A stretch of 64,000 nucleotides of DNA from Eledone cirrhosa (GCA_964016885.1 OZ024742.1:20336001-20400000), one strand, 5' to 3'. Shown: positions 47,770 through 62,614, counted from the first letter of the stretch. Program-made: numbers and translations. The notes: generated from the letters alone by a model not told the origin.

Positions 47770-48050
47770 CACAAAAAAACAAAAAAACAAAAAAACAGAA
47801 AAACAAAAAAACACACATGAAAAACAAAAAAACACACATACTCACTCACACACTTACGCGCAACCATAAACACACACACAAACACATATACACACATAAA
47901 AACACACACATATATATAAAAAATATATAAATATATATAAAAAAATATATATTCATGTACACACACATACATACACACATACATACACACATACATACAT
48001 ACATACATATATAAAATACATATACACATATACATACGCACATATATATA

Positions 48051-48134
<84 letters not shown>

Positions 48135-48149
48135 TACATATATATACAA

Positions 48150-48200
<51 letters not shown>

Positions 48201-48259
48201 TATACACACATACACACACACACACATATATATACATATATATATATATATATACATAC

Positions 48260-48324
<65 letters not shown>

Positions 48325-48489
48325 GACATACACATACATACACACACACACACATATATACACAAATAAATAGACTCACACGCATACATACAAACACGAG
48401 TATACATATGTATAAATATCTATACACACACACATACACACACATATATATATACACATATACATACACACACATATATACATATACAT

Positions 48490-48534
<45 letters not shown>

Positions 48535-48588
48535 CACATATACATATATATATATACATATCTCTATACACACACATACAAATACACA

Positions 48589-48627
<39 letters not shown>

Positions 48628-48756
48628 CCATACATACACAAACATACACATACATACACAGACCTATACATAAATATACACATATATATACAGACATATA
48701 ACGCACATATACACACACATATATACATACACATACATATACACATACACATACAT

Positions 48757-48787
<31 letters not shown>

Positions 48788-48812
48788 CATATATATATAT
48801 ACATACATATAC

Positions 48813-48861
<49 letters not shown>

Positions 48862-48934
48862 CACACACACGCGCATACACACATACACACACCCACACAC
48901 AAAATATATATACACACACACTCTCTCTCTCATG

Positions 48935-48965
<31 letters not shown>

Positions 48966-49015
48966 ACACACACACATACACACACACATACACATATATA
49001 TACATATATATACAC

Positions 49016-49066
<51 letters not shown>

Positions 49067-49131
49067 CACACACATATATACATATATACACACACCTGCC
49101 CACACAATCATATACATATATATATACACAT

Positions 49132-49224
<93 letters not shown>

Positions 49225-49271
49225 TATACATATATATATATATATATACATACACACACACACACACGCAC

Positions 49272-49302
<31 letters not shown>

Positions 49303-49473
49303 TACATATACAAATATACATATACACACATATATATATATATATATATACATACATATACATATATATATACATATATATATATATATACATATATACA
49401 CACATACATACACACACACATACATACATATACATGCATACATACATATATATATATATATATACATACACAC

Positions 49474-49524
<51 letters not shown>

Positions 49525-49687
49525 TACACATACACATATATATACACACATATACACACACATACATACATACACACATACACAGACATATACATAAACA
49601 TACACACACACATACACACGTATACATACATACATACATACACATACATACACACATACATGTATATATATATATATACATATATAC

Positions 49688-49736
<49 letters not shown>

Positions 49737-49846
49737 CACATACATACATATACACAAACACATACATACATATACATACAAAGATATACACACATAAAAC
49801 ACATATACACACAAACATATATATATACACATACACATACACAAAC

Positions 49847-49879
<33 letters not shown>

Positions 49880-50113
49880 CACACACATACATATATACAT
49901 ACACATACATATATATATATATATATATACATATATATATACATATACATATATATATATATATATACACACATATATACATATATATACACACATACAT
50001 ACATACATACATATACACAAACACATACATACATATACCTACATAAATATACACACATAAAACACATATACACACAAACATATATATATACATATATACA
50101 CACACACATATAT

Positions 50114-50185
<72 letters not shown>

Positions 50186-50270
50186 GCATATATATATATA
50201 TATTTATATATATATACACACACACACACATACACATATACACATATACAAACAAATATATACACATACA
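47770..50270. repeat. Mixed (CA)n/(TA)n microsatellite block
   Basis: C-interrupted on the + strand, unlike the G-interrupted remainder of the field. Confidence 0.95.
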
Positions 50271-50448
50271 AGTAAATAGGTACTCAATAAATATACGCAT
50301 ATACACAGGCACATAAAAACACCTCTACAGGCAGAAAATGTAGATACGAAAGAGGTACTCACATGACCATAGTGGCCGTATTTCAGGTTGAGGAGGGGTG
50401 GGGGTAGGGTGGGGAGGAGGTATAGGGGCCAGTAGGGGGAGGTCGTTT

Positions 50449-52179
50449 TTAGCCATCGGGCTTTAACACTGGCTTAAAGTGCTTGAATGTTGCAAAGTTC
50501 TTGTGCATGCAGTTCGGGCAGTGTTCAGAGAGTTTGTTCAGTAGCGAGCCCTTGGCGAATAAAATTTCGTAGCTCTCTGAAATACAAAGGTCGCAGCCCT
50601 TGTGTCCTCCGTTGTAAGAGCGCGCTTTCTGGAGTATTTTCCAATTAAGCGTGAAGGGGGTGGAGTTCCTTTTGAGGTCCCAAACGTAGGAGGCGAGTGT
50701 TGTTTGATTTGATTTATCCGGTCTTCTGAAGGAGTGGGTATGGGCATACCAGCGGGTCTTAAAGGTGTTGGAGGTCATGCCGATGTAAGTTTTTTTGCAA
50801 TCCTCGGTGCCCGAGATGACATCGCATTTGTATACGATGTCATTTGTGAGGCATTTGTTTTCTAGTGGGCATGCTTCCTTATTTAGGCAATTACATAGAG
50901 CCCCAGTCCGGGGATTGGTTTCGGAGGTGGTTGGCTTATTTAGTTTAGAGTTGTGGTTGGCTATATTCCTAGCTAGGTTAGGTGTGGTGGAGTAAGAAAG
51001 TCTTATAGTGTTCTTATTAAAGATGGTGTAGTACCTATGTTGTATGGGGAAGTGTAATTTCAGTAAAGTGAAGAAAATCCTAGCTATCGGAGTAGATACC
51101 TCTCTATTGAAGGGAGGGTTGTACCAGCTAATCTGCCTATGTCTATTCCTCCTCTGCAACTTTGCGGTGGTTTCTAGGTAAGTTATCTTATCTTTAAATC
51201 CGCTACGGGCTAGGGCGTCATTGTAGTAGGAGGCAGATGCATTAAAAATATCTTTGTTGGCGGAGAGGCCAGATATTCTAATAGAGACGCTTTTTACTAG
51301 GTTATCAGTAATGTTTTGGGGGGGGTTTGAATTAACATTAATATATTTAAGGGACTCATTAGGTTTGTGGTACGGGTAATAGAGGGAAGTATCTAGGTCG
51401 AGAGTGACATCTAAGAAGTTGGCCCTAGTCAAATTAGAATCTATAGTTATACTAAATCCTAGATTAGAGAAGAAGAGCTTAAGTTTTTCCGAAACCCATC
51501 GGTGGTTCTGGGGCTAACCTTATGCAGGGCGAAGAGGCCGTCGTCTCGGTATAAACCTCCAGTTAGGCCGGTAAAGAGGTTCTTCAGGTTATGTAGGATG
51601 TACAGGCCCACAAGGTCGCTAATTTCAGCCGAGTCACTCGCCCCCATGCTAACGTCAAATGGGGTCTGAGATTTCTTGTTGATCCAGTAAGATCCATCGT
51701 GGTATAGAAAGGTCTTACGAGCGTGGAGGATAATAACTTGCTCGGCATCGGTATTGGTGGTAAAATTCCTGGCAAAGTTAATTGCGTCCATCAGGAGGGG
51801 CTCCGAGATAGAGGCATAGTAGTTTTCTATGTCGAGTTGCAGGAAGCGAGTGTGGTGTTTATCGGGTAATTCTCGGAACCATGATATTGCCTCAGATGTT
51901 CTACTCCAGAGTGGAAGTGGTGAGGCCGCCCGCAATAATGGTAGAACTCTATCCAGGATCTTCTTACTGATAGAGCCGATGTCAGAACGAGTGAGGTTGA
52001 TAAGTCTGACTGATGGTTTGTTGAGGAAATTTCCCTTATGGTCCTTCAGGGTAAAGTGCGGGGTCTTTACCCTTAAAGGTTCGGTTCGGTCATGTAATTT
52101 AAGGGACTTGGCGATTTCTTTTCCGGCCGCGTTTGTCTCAGTCAGCGCCCTCTCTATTACCTTTTTGTAGGTGGTCGTG

Positions 52180-52182
<3 letters not shown>
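50449..52182 (-). pseudogene. Penelope-like (Naiad-type) RT + GIY-YIG ORF, 5'-truncated, one frameshift
   Basis: RT motifs [25 protein letters not shown]; CNC-x5-C-x5-C then IVY..YIG..FKTR; restoring one A at 51484-51488 joins ORFs 51459-52182 and 50449-51432 (..[29 protein letters not shown]). Confidence 0.9.
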
Positions 52183-52246
<64 letters not shown>

Positions 52247-52254
52247 TATATATG

Positions 52255-52303
<49 letters not shown>

Positions 52304-52330
52304 GTATATATATATATATGTATATATATG

Positions 52331-52473
<143 letters not shown>

Positions 52474-52488
52474 GTATATATATATATG

Positions 52489-52519
<31 letters not shown>

Positions 52520-52520
52520 G

Positions 52521-52587
<67 letters not shown>

Positions 52588-52636
52588 GTATATATATATG
52601 CATGTATATATATATATATGTATATATATATGCATG

Positions 52637-52667
<31 letters not shown>

Positions 52668-52672
52668 GCATG

Positions 52673-52703
<31 letters not shown>

Positions 52704-52720
52704 GCATGTATATGTATATG

Positions 52721-52751
<31 letters not shown>

Positions 52752-52768
52752 GCATGTATATGTATATG

Positions 52769-52801
<33 letters not shown>

Positions 52802-53023
52802 GCATGTATATGTATATGTATATATATATATATGTATATAATGTTTATTTTTTATTTCTTCAATGTTTATTTTTTACTTTTTACTATTCTTTATCCTACA
52901 ATTTTATTTTCTACACTATCTCACTCTATTCACTCTACTCTTTAAACTCCTCCCAACTTATGGCATCCCCATATATATTCTTCTGTCTTGGCTTTGTTAA
53001 TGCTTGTGTAATATGTACTCACT

Positions 53024-53081
53024 CTTTATGCTCTGATGAGTCCCACTTATAGTGTGGACGAAACACTGTTAGCAATTAAAG
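53024..53081 (+). ncRNA. Type I hammerhead ribozyme motif within pLTR-like island 52840-53212
   Basis: TGCT-CTGATGA-GTCC-CACTTATAGTGT-GGAC-GAAAC-ACT-GTT/AGCA; canonical core. Confidence 0.85.
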
Positions 53082-53313
53082 ATATACCTATGTTCTAAGC
53101 GTTCTTTGTTGTTAATTATATTACGGCTCTGTCCTCAGACATCGAGCTAACCTTATACTGCCTATTGAATAAGTGGAGTGTTACACACTCCTAATCCTCT
53201 CCCTTATATACTATATATATATATATATGCATGTATATATATATGCATGTATATATATATGCATGTATATATATATGCATGTATATATATATATATGTAT
53301 ATATATGTGTATT

Positions 53314-53430
<117 letters not shown>

Positions 53431-53574
53431 GTATATATATATGTATGTATGTATGTATATATATATATATGTATGTATATATATATATGTATGTATGTAT
53501 GTATGTATATATATATATGTATGTATATATATATATATATATGTATGTATTTTATATATATATATATATATATG

Positions 53575-53633
<59 letters not shown>

Positions 53634-53652
53634 GTATGTATATATATATAAA

Positions 53653-54212
53653 AACCTGACTCATGGTCGGGTCGTTGGCGACTAAACTGGCAATCCCACC
53701 AAGGTTTCTTGGTGAGGAGGGTGACTTTGGACATCCTGCAGGACTAAAAACAAAACCTGTCAAATGGAAAAGGAGCTCTTAAGAGTCAATGTCCATCCAA
53801 AATCACCGGGAGAGATGACCCCTTAGCCTTTGTCAAGGCAGAATTCTAGGAGAAGGAAAACTCTGATATAACACCTGCAACCCTGATGGTATCCAATGAT
53901 GTTGACTTGTTCTTTTTGGTAAATATCATCTTCGTTAAGAGAGTGGGACTGGCTTTGTGCAGTTCCTTTGCTCACTATAAAAGCTTCACGGCACAGGCAT
54001 TGCTTTATATCTGGAGATCTCTCTGCACTTGTCGTCACATGGTACGATGGGCCCAGCACTATGTGTCTAATTGTCACAAGTGTAGTGTTTGTACCAGAGT
54101 TTTCAAGTCGCTGGCTGGACTAAAAAGTCACACTCGTTCAGTGCATCGGTAAGGGTTCTCCTACAAGGATATAAAGTAGTGGCCGTACTCGAAAACGAGT
54201 TGGCAGCCACCA
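53653..54212 (+). mobile_element. ~610-bp non-coding retroposon copy 4 (lacks ~45 bp at the 5' end)
   Basis: Match to copy 2. Confidence 0.85.
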
Positions 54213-54243
54213 TGTATATATATAAGTGTGTATGTATATATAT

Positions 54244-54852
54244 GTCAGGTCACCACTTGGTGCTACTGGTAACATGTATCCCAGTACAACCTGTCTCATG
54301 GTCGGGTCGTTGGCGACTAAACTGGCAACCCCACCAAGGTTTCTTGGTGAGGAGGGTGACTTTGGACTTCCTGCAGGACTAAAAACAAAACCTGTCAAAG
54401 GGCAAAGGAGCTCTTAAGAGTCAATGGCCATCCAAAATCACTGGGAGAGATGACCCCTTAGCCTTTGTCAAGGCAGAATTCTAGGAGAAGGAAAACTCTG
54501 ATATAACACCTGCAACCCTGATGGTATCCAATGATGTTGACTTGTTCTTCTTTTTGGTAAATATCATCTTGGTTAAGAGAGTGGGATTGGCTTTGTGCAG
54601 TGCCTTTGCTCACTATAAAAGCTTCACGGTACAGGCATTGCTTTATATCTGGAGATCTCTCTGCACTTGTCGTCACATGGTACCATGGGCCCAGCACTAT
54701 GTGTCAATAATTGTCACAAGTGTAGTGTTTGTACCAGAGTTTTCAAGTCGCTGGCTGGAGTAAAAAGTCACACTCGTTCAGCGCATCGGTAGTGGTTCTC
54801 CTACATGGATATAAAGTAGTGGCCGTACTCGAAAACGAGTTGGCAGCCACCA
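54244..54852 (+). mobile_element. ~610-bp non-coding retroposon copy 5
   Basis: Full length, tandem with copy 4 across a ~30-bp TA-rich spacer. Confidence 0.85.
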
Positions 54853-54914
54853 TATATATATATATGTCTGTATATATATATATATATATGTATGTATATA
54901 TATATATATGTATG

Positions 54915-54987
<73 letters not shown>

Positions 54988-55035
54988 ATATATATATATA
55001 TGTATGTATGTATATATGTATGTATGTATATATAT

Positions 55036-55083
<48 letters not shown>

Positions 55084-55101
55084 ATATAAATATGTACGTA
55101 T

Positions 55102-55137
<36 letters not shown>

Positions 55138-55168
55138 GTATGTATATATATATATATATATGTGTATG

Positions 55169-55201
<33 letters not shown>

Positions 55202-55213
55202 GTATGTATGTAT

Positions 55214-55254
<41 letters not shown>

Positions 55255-55345
55255 TATGTATGTATATATAACTTTGAAATGTTTTGGCCAGTATTGGCCC
55301 AGGCCATGTCTAACTTAATAGCACCACCTGGCGAAGTCTTTCAAT

Positions 55346-58300
55346 TCAGGATTTGGGCACCATGGCCCATTCGAGAAGAGAATTACTGTTTGCGGAGACA
55401 TATCCGGGTGTGGGTGGTTTGTCCGGGATTACTTGGAGGAATTTGTCCAAAGACTTCTTGAATTTTGTGTGGTCAGTTTCTGTTTTGACGTGTCCTGGTG
55501 TGATGTTGAAGAGAGCAGGGCCGATTGAGGTGAAATAATTGTGCCGTATTGTTGTTATGAGTTGCGATTTAGATTTTTGAATGGGACGGATAGCACGGGG
55601 CCCAAGCCTTGGGTGTATCTTGAAGGCGATGCCAACATCATTTGGGCAGTGATGATGGAACATTTTCCACATCATGCAGATAATATAACGCTCACGGCGA
55701 CGTTGGAGTGAGTAAAGTTTCAGGTTTTCCAATCGACCCCAGTAGTCAAGGTCTGACATGCCATCTATCTTTTTCGTGATTGCCCTTTGAGGAGCTTCAA
55801 GTTTCATGATACTTTGTTTCGTGTGGGGAGACCACAGTGGACAACAGTATTCAAGGTGTGGTCGGGCGAAAGTAGAGAAGAGAAGGATAATGGTGCGGGA
55901 ATCTCTCGACTGGAAGGTTCTGAGGATCCAGGAACACATTCTGCGGGCCATGTCAACTTTGCTGCTTATATGCGTGGTCCAGCTTATGTTGCTGTCCACG
56001 GTTACTCCCAAGTCTCTGATGTTGTTAGATGCCACGAGAGTTTCCCCGGAGGGAAGGGAGTACGGGAGTTTCAGAGCATCCTCTTTTCCAAAGTGGATCA
56101 GTTCGAATTTGTCTTCGTTCAGTAACATGTTGTTCTTTTCTGCCCATTGGGTAACAGCCAGTAGGTCTGACTGAAGGCTTATCCGGTCATCCACGCCATT
56201 GATGACCTTTTGGAGCTTGGAATCATCAGCGAAAATTTTAATGTTGCTGTGTTTGATGATGTCAGTGATGTCATTAATATAGATGATGAAGAGAAGTGGG
56301 CCCAACACAGTGCCTTGTGGGACTCCACTACTGACTTTGGCTGGGCTTGATTTGACTCCCTCAACTACAACATGTTGGGTTCTGTTTGACAGGAAGCTCT
56401 TGATCCACTGCAGCAGCTTTCCAGTGACACCAATATTGGACAGCTTTCTCAGTAGAATGTTATGATCAACCCTGTCAAAGGCCTTGCTGAAATCAAGGTA
56501 GATAACATCAGTGTTGGAACCCTCTCCCAAGGCTCTCAAAATGTCATCAAAGTGATGCAGTAGTTGCGTCAGGCAATCCCTTCCATTACGGAATCCATGC
56601 TGGTTGGAGTTCAGCATATTGTTACTCTCAAGGAAGTGGGTCATTCGCGATCTCACCACTCGCTCAAATACCTTAATGATATGAGAGGTGAGTGAGATTG
56701 GACGGTAATTCACGGCAAGGGATTTGTTTCCCTTTTTGAAAACTGGGACAACAGACTGGGATAGAAGGTTTTCTGGCACATATCCAGCATCCAGTGAGTT
56801 CCGCCACAGATTGGCAAGAGGAGAAGCAAGTTGGTGTTGACACGCCTTCAAGACACAAGCAGGGAACCTATCGGGACCTACTGCTGAATTATGCTTGATT
56901 TCCTTTATTGCCGCCAAGACATCAGGGGCGCCAAACGTTATGTCCGATAAGGTGTAATGGGGAGTAACATCGCCGATACAGCCCAGATCGGCCATATCAG
57001 GATTGCTGAAAACAGAGCAGTATTGTTTCTGCAGTATCTCACCCATGGTTTTAGCATTGTCTTGAAGAGTGACTTTTTCATCAATTAGAGGGCCAACAGT
57101 AGAGCCAGTGATTTTGTGTTTTTTTGCAAATGAAAAGAACACTTTGGGATTGAGTTTGATCTTCTCAATGGCCCAGGCCTCTTCAGCTCTTCTCTGATTG
57201 TTGATGAGGGACATTATGTTGTTTTGGAGGTTATGTTTTTTAATCTCTAGTGATGAAATGGCAGTCAAGTTGATGTGTTGCTGCTGACAGTATTTCAGAT
57301 TGTTGATTTTTTTGTTCGTTCTCTTAATTTTTCTGATGAGCGTTTTTCTATTTCTAGGGATTCTGCTCTTAGATTTGTTTATAGTTCTTAATGGGGTGTG
57401 TTTAGCACATATGTTTGTAACAGTGTCCACAAATGTCTGCCAGGACTTTTTGATGTTAGTGGGTGTATGAGTGTGCGTGAAGGACCAGTCGACATGTGCA
57501 AGATCATGACTGATCGCTTCCCAGTTTGCATTGTGGAAATCCATAGCGTCAAACGGATGGACAGGAGAAATGACATTGGGTTTGTATATTGGACGGTGGA
57601 ATCTCAGATCACAGAGAACCATGTCATGATCAGAGAGTAGAGTTTTCTCCACTGCAATATTGTGGATATTGTCAGTGTGATTGCTGAAAATTAAGTCTAG
57701 GACGTTTTTGTGGCACCTCGTTGGTTCGAGCACTAGTTGGGATAGGAAGAAATCATCCATGAAGTCAAGAAGCGATTCCACAGCTTCCCTGTCAGAGGTT
57801 GAGGCAGAAGAACCTGGTGGCAGGCTGTTTGTGGACCAGTCAACTCCGGGGAGGTTGAAGTCCCCCATCATTAAGATGTTGTCAGGGTGACACTCTTGGA
57901 TGAAACACTTTATGCTGTTGAGGCATTCCTTGAAGCATGGTACAGGCGTTTGGGGTGGCCTATAGAGCCCAACTACTAATAGGTTGTTGGTTTGACTGAA
58001 TACAGTGACTGCCTCACAGTATCCATTAGTGAATATGTTCATAGCCTCTGTTGAGAAAGAATTATGGACATAAATGGCAGTTCCGCCCTTTCTTCTGCCA
58101 GCGCGATCAGCACGGATGGCTTTGAAATTTTTCACTTTCACCTCGGCTTCCAAGTGGAGGTTACTGAGATGGGTTTCAGTGAGGACGAAGAAAGGGATGT
58201 GGTTTGGATGGACATCAATCCAGTCCTCCAGGAATTTGATCTTCCATTTTTGAGTATTGGTGGAAGGGTTGATGCCTTTGGCGTTAAGCAAAAATGTAGA

Positions 58301-58366
58301 GGCGAGAGTGGATGGTTTTAATTGTTTTGGTGTGTTGTTAATTTGTTTGTTTGTTAATGGCAGCAA
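55346..58366 (-). CDS. LINE ORF2: APE endonuclease + reverse transcriptase (no 5' AUG; frame open from 58483)
   Basis: APE motifs LNAKG, LTETHL, YRPP, GDFN, LDLIF, SDH; RT motifs [36 protein letters not shown]; CR1-type C-terminus RPHLEYC, SLQRRR. Confidence 0.95.
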   Translation of the reverse strand: MLPLTNKQINNTPKQLKPSTLASTFLLNAKGINPSTNTQKWKIKFLEDWIDVHPNHIPFFVLTETHLSNLHLEAEVKVKNFKAIRADRAGRRKGGTAIYVHNSFSTEAMNIFTNGYCEAVTVFSQTNNLLVVGLYRPPQTPVPCFKECLNSIKCFIQECHPDNILMMGDFNLPGVDWSTNSLPPGSSASTSDREAVESLLDFMDDFFLSQLVLEPTRCHKNVLDLIFSNHTDNIHNIAVEKTLLSDHDMVLCDLRFHRPIYKPNVISPVHPFDAMDFHNANWEAISHDLAHVDWSFTHTHTPTNIKKSWQTFVDTVTNICAKHTPLRTINKSKSRIPRNRKTLIRKIKRTNKKINNLKYCQQQHINLTAISSLEIKKHNLQNNIMSLINNQRRAEEAWAIEKIKLNPKVFFSFAKKHKITGSTVGPLIDEKVTLQDNAKTMGEILQKQYCSVFSNPDMADLGCIGDVTPHYTLSDITFGAPDVLAAIKEIKHNSAVGPDRFPACVLKACQHQLASPLANLWRNSLDAGYVPENLLSQSVVPVFKKGNKSLAVNYRPISLTSHIIKVFERVVRSRMTHFLESNNMLNSNQHGFRNGRDCLTQLLHHFDDILRALGEGSNTDVIYLDFSKAFDRVDHNILLRKLSNIGVTGKLLQWIKSFLSNRTQHVVVEGVKSSPAKVSSGVPQGTVLGPLLFIIYINDITDIIKHSNIKIFADDSKLQKVINGVDDRISLQSDLLAVTQWAEKNNMLLNEDKFELIHFGKEDALKLPYSLPSGETLVASNNIRDLGVTVDSNISWTTHISSKVDMARRMCSWILRTFQSRDSRTIILLFSTFARPHLEYCCPLWSPHTKQSIMKLEAPQRAITKKIDGMSDLDYWGRLENLKLYSLQRRRERYIICMMWKMFHHHCPNDVGIAFKIHPRLGPRAIRPIQKSKSQLITTIRHNYFTSIGPALFNITPGHVKTETDHTKFKKSLDKFLQVIPDKPPTPGYVSANSNSLLEWAMVPKS

Positions 58367-59547
58367 TGGGAGTTTGTGCAGTGGGGTGATAGTGGAGGGT
58401 GGTGCTGGGTGATAGCTCGAATGTTTTTTTCCAGTTCTTTTGCCAGATTCATTATGGCTAAAAAAGAGGAAGAAGTTTCCTGTTTAGAAGACTGTTGGTG
58501 ACTGTGGTAGTGGTTATTTTTATGTAGGTTATGGTTTTTGTTTTTGCTTTTATTTTTAATTTTATTTTCATTTATCCGACGGGTCCCCGGGAGATGGGTA
58601 AAGGGACAATCCCGGTCTAAACACAATCTGTCTCGCAGGGAAAAACGGCAGATTTGTGGATTCCTTGTTTGAGTTATTGGTGGTTGTGTTGGTGTTAAAT
58701 TAGAGTATGTATTATGGTGGTGGCTGTTTGTGGGGATAGATCGTTTTGTCCTAGGTAAATGGGTGAATTTGCAGCCACTATCCGTACATATTCTATAGCG
58801 TAGAGAGTAGCGGCAAATGATGGGGTTTCGAGTGGGTGGGTATATGGGTGTGGGTGTTGTGAGAGGTGTAGATGATGGTTTGGGTAGGATTTGACGACCT
58901 TTGTGGACTGTGGGAGGGAGAGTTCTTGTTCTGGTATTAGAAGGTAAATTCCTTGACATAGCAGTAGACAAAAATGTAGTAGTAGTAGTAGTAGTAGTAG
59001 TAGGCAGAGATGTTGGCAGTGGTGATGATTGGACTGCTGGGCCAGAGAAAGGATGTGGCGTTTCATGCTGTGAGACAGAGGCTACTGGGGGGTCAATAGT
59101 TTCATTTAGTAGATCGGCCATTGTTGATGAATCAAGGAGTGGTTCACACTGTTGTTGTTGCTGTTGTTGATGTTGTTGTTGTAGCTGTTGTTGATGTTGT
59201 TGTTGTAGCTGTTGTTGTTGTTGCTGTTGTAGCTGCTGTTGTTGTTGTTGTTGCTGTTGTAGCTGCTGTTGTTGTTGTTGCTGCTGCTGGACAGCATTCG
59301 AAGAGAAAACACACCGTAGTTTATCCAAATGTTTATTGATTAATTTAAAAGCAATTTCGATTTGCTTTAATTTATTTTGAATCTGTTGTTCAGATCGAGT
59401 TTTCAAAAATTGAACTGTACGTTTAGCAATGTCGTTCAGAGATGAAGCATCTATATTTTCTGTTTGGGAAAGGCAATGCCATGTGTTTATTAGAATGTCG
59501 ATTTCATTATCAGACCAGTTCTGTTTGGATTTTTGCTGGTTAGCCAT
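58354..59547 (-). CDS. LINE ORF1 (397 aa): Myb/SANT-like N-terminus, polyQ, Thr/Pro-rich linker, two CCCH zinc fingers
   Basis: [27 protein letters not shown]; two C-x8-C-x4-C-x3-H motifs; homologous ORF in copy E. Confidence 0.88.
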   Translation of the reverse strand: MANQQKSKQNWSDNEIDILINTWHCLSQTENIDASSLNDIAKRTVQFLKTRSEQQIQNKLKQIEIAFKLINKHLDKLRCVFSSNAVQQQQQQQQQLQQQQQQQQQLQQQQQQQLQQQHQQQLQQQHQQQQQQQCEPLLDSSTMADLLNETIDPPVASVSQHETPHPFSGPAVQSSPLPTSLPTTTTTTTTTFLSTAMSRNLPSNTRTRTLPPTVHKGRQILPKPSSTPLTTPTPIYPPTRNPIICRYSLRYRICTDSGCKFTHLPRTKRSIPTNSHHHNTYSNLTPTQPPITQTRNPQICRFSLRDRLCLDRDCPFTHLPGTRRINENKIKNKSKNKNHNLHKNNHYHSHQQSSKQETSSSFLAIMNLAKELEKNIRAITQHHPPLSPHCTNSHCCH

Positions 59548-59643
59548 TCTAGTTTTGAGTGTGTGTGTGTTTTAGTTAAGTATTTCAATATATATATTTT
59601 TTTTTTTTTAATTTATATATATGTATGTATATATATATATATG

Positions 59644-59693
<50 letters not shown>

Positions 59694-59899
59694 TGTATAT
59701 ATATATGTATATATATATATGCATGTATATATATATATGCATGTATATATATATGCATGTATATATATATATATGTATATATATATGTATGTATATATAT
59801 GTATATATATATATGCATGTATATATATATGTATGTATATATATATGCATGTATTTATATATATATGTATATATGTATGTATATATATATATATGTATG

Positions 59900-59938
<39 letters not shown>

Positions 59939-59953
59939 GTATATATATATATG

Positions 59954-60016
<63 letters not shown>

Positions 60017-60135
60017 GTATATATATATATGTATATGTATATATATGTATATATATATATGTATATGTATATATATGTATATATATATATGTATATGTAT
60101 ATATATGTATATATATATATATGTATATATGTATG

Positions 60136-60173
<38 letters not shown>

Positions 60174-60258
60174 TGTATATATATGTATATACATATATAT
60201 ATGTATGTATGTATATATATATATATATGTATGTATATATATATATATATGTATGTAT

Positions 60259-60860
60259 GGTCACCAGTTGGAGCTACTGGTAACATGTATCCCAGTACAA
60301 CCTGTCCCATGCTCCGGTCGTTGGCGACTAAACTGGCAACCCCACCAAGGTTTCTTGGTGAGGAGGGTGACTTTGGACATCCTGCAGGACTAAAAACAAA
60401 ACCTGTCAAAGGGCAAAGGAGCTCTTAAGTGTCAATGGCCATCCAAAATCACCGGGAGAGATGACCCCTTAGCCTTTGTCAAGGCAGAATTCTAGGAGAA
60501 GGAAAACTCTGATATAACACCTGCAACCCTGATGCTATCCAATGATGTTGACTTGTTCTTTTTGGTAAATATCATCTTCGTTAAGAGAGTGGGACTGGCT
60601 TTGTGCAGTGCCTTTGCTCACTATAAAAGCTTCACGGCACAGGCATTGCTTTATATCTGGAGACCTCTCTGCACTTGTCGTCACATGGTACAATGGGACC
60701 AGCACTATGTGTCAGAAATTGTCACAGGTGTAGTGTTTGTACCAGAGTTTTCAAGTCGCTGGCTGGACTAAAAAGTCACACTCGTTCAACGCATCGGTAG
60801 GGGTTCTCCTACATGGATATAAAGTAGTGGCCGTACTCGAAAACGAGTTGGCAGCCACCA
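60259..60860 (+). mobile_element. ~610-bp non-coding retroposon copy 6
   Basis: Begins GGTCACC and ends GCAGCCACCA. Confidence 0.85.
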
Positions 60861-60892
60861 TGTATGTATATATAATTATATATATATGTATG

Positions 60893-60923
<31 letters not shown>

Positions 60924-60938
60924 ATATATATATATATG

Positions 60939-60979
<41 letters not shown>

Positions 60980-61118
60980 ATATATACATGTATGTATGTA
61001 TGTATATATATATATATATATGTATGTATATATATATATATGTATGTATATATATATATGTATGTATATATATATATGTATGTATGTATATATATATATA
61101 TATGTATGTGTAGGTATG

Positions 61119-61152
<34 letters not shown>

Positions 61153-61372
61153 TGTATGTATATGTATATATATATATATATGTATGTATATGTATGTATA
61201 TATATATATGTATGTATATATATGTATATATATATATATGCCTGTATATATATATGCATGTATATATATATATATGCATGTATATATATATATGTGTATA
61301 TATATATGTGTATATATATATATATGTATGTACATATATATATATGTATATATATATATGTATATATATATG

Positions 61373-61407
<35 letters not shown>

Positions 61408-61942
61408 GTATATATATATGTATGTATATATATATATATTTATATATATATATATGCATGTACATATATATATATGCATGTATATATATATATATGTATA
61501 TATATATATGTATATATATATGTATATATATATATATATATCTATATATATATATGTATATATATATATGTATATATATATATATGTATGTATATATATA
61601 TGTATATATATATATGTATATATATATGTATATATATATATGTATATATATATATGTATGTATATATATATGTATATATATATATGTATATATATATATG
61701 TATATATATATATGTATATATATATATGTATGAATATATATGTATATATATGTATGTATATATTTATATGTATATATATATATGTATGTATATGTATATA
61801 TGTATGTATATATATATATGTATGTATATATGTATATATATATATGTATGTATATATATATATGTAAGTATATATATATATATATATGTATGTATATATA
61901 TATATATATGTATGTATATATATATATATATATATGTGTATG

Positions 61943-61975
<33 letters not shown>

Positions 61976-62078
61976 ATATATATATGTATGTATATATATA
62001 TATATATGTATGTATATATATATATATATATGTATGTATATATATATATATGTATGTATATATATATATATATATATG

Positions 62079-62121
<43 letters not shown>

Positions 62122-62128
62122 GTATATG

Positions 62129-62159
<31 letters not shown>

Positions 62160-62420
62160 GTATATATATATATGTATATATATATATATGTATATATATA
62201 TATGTATGTATATATATGTATATATATGTATATATATATATATGTATATATATATGTATGTATATATATATATATGTATGTATATATATGTATATATATA
62301 TGTACGTATATATATATGTATATATATGTATGTATATATATGTATATATATATGTATGTATATATATGTATATATATATGTATGTATATATATGTATATA
62401 TATGTATATGTATATATATG

Positions 62421-62483
<63 letters not shown>

Positions 62484-62614
62484 GTATGTATATATATGTA
62501 TATATATTTGTATATATATGTATATATATATGTATATATATGTATATATATATATATATGTATATATATGTATATATAGTTAAAAGAATAGAGGTGTAAC
62601 ACACAAGTTATTAT

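Larger units (their letters stand above)
55269..59615 (-). mobile_element. CR1-group LINE copy F, both ORFs intact (5'UTR shorter than copy E)
   Basis: ORF1 + ORF2 + 3'UTR stem-loop GGCCA-ATAC-TGGCC + TTCAAAGTTA tail; TA on both sides. Confidence 0.96.

Noticed and set aside
52840-53212. Island as inverted pLTR of the adjacent Naiad-like element
   Set aside because: No visible similarity to sequence downstream of that ORF, so treated as a separate insertion
54200-54216. GCCACCATG Kozak-like end of the 610-bp element
   Set aside because: Only two of six copies have ATG, and it is explained by flanking TATG repeat
55353-59339. Short antisense and alternate-frame ORFs in the LINE copies
   Set aside because: Shadows of ORF1 and ORF2
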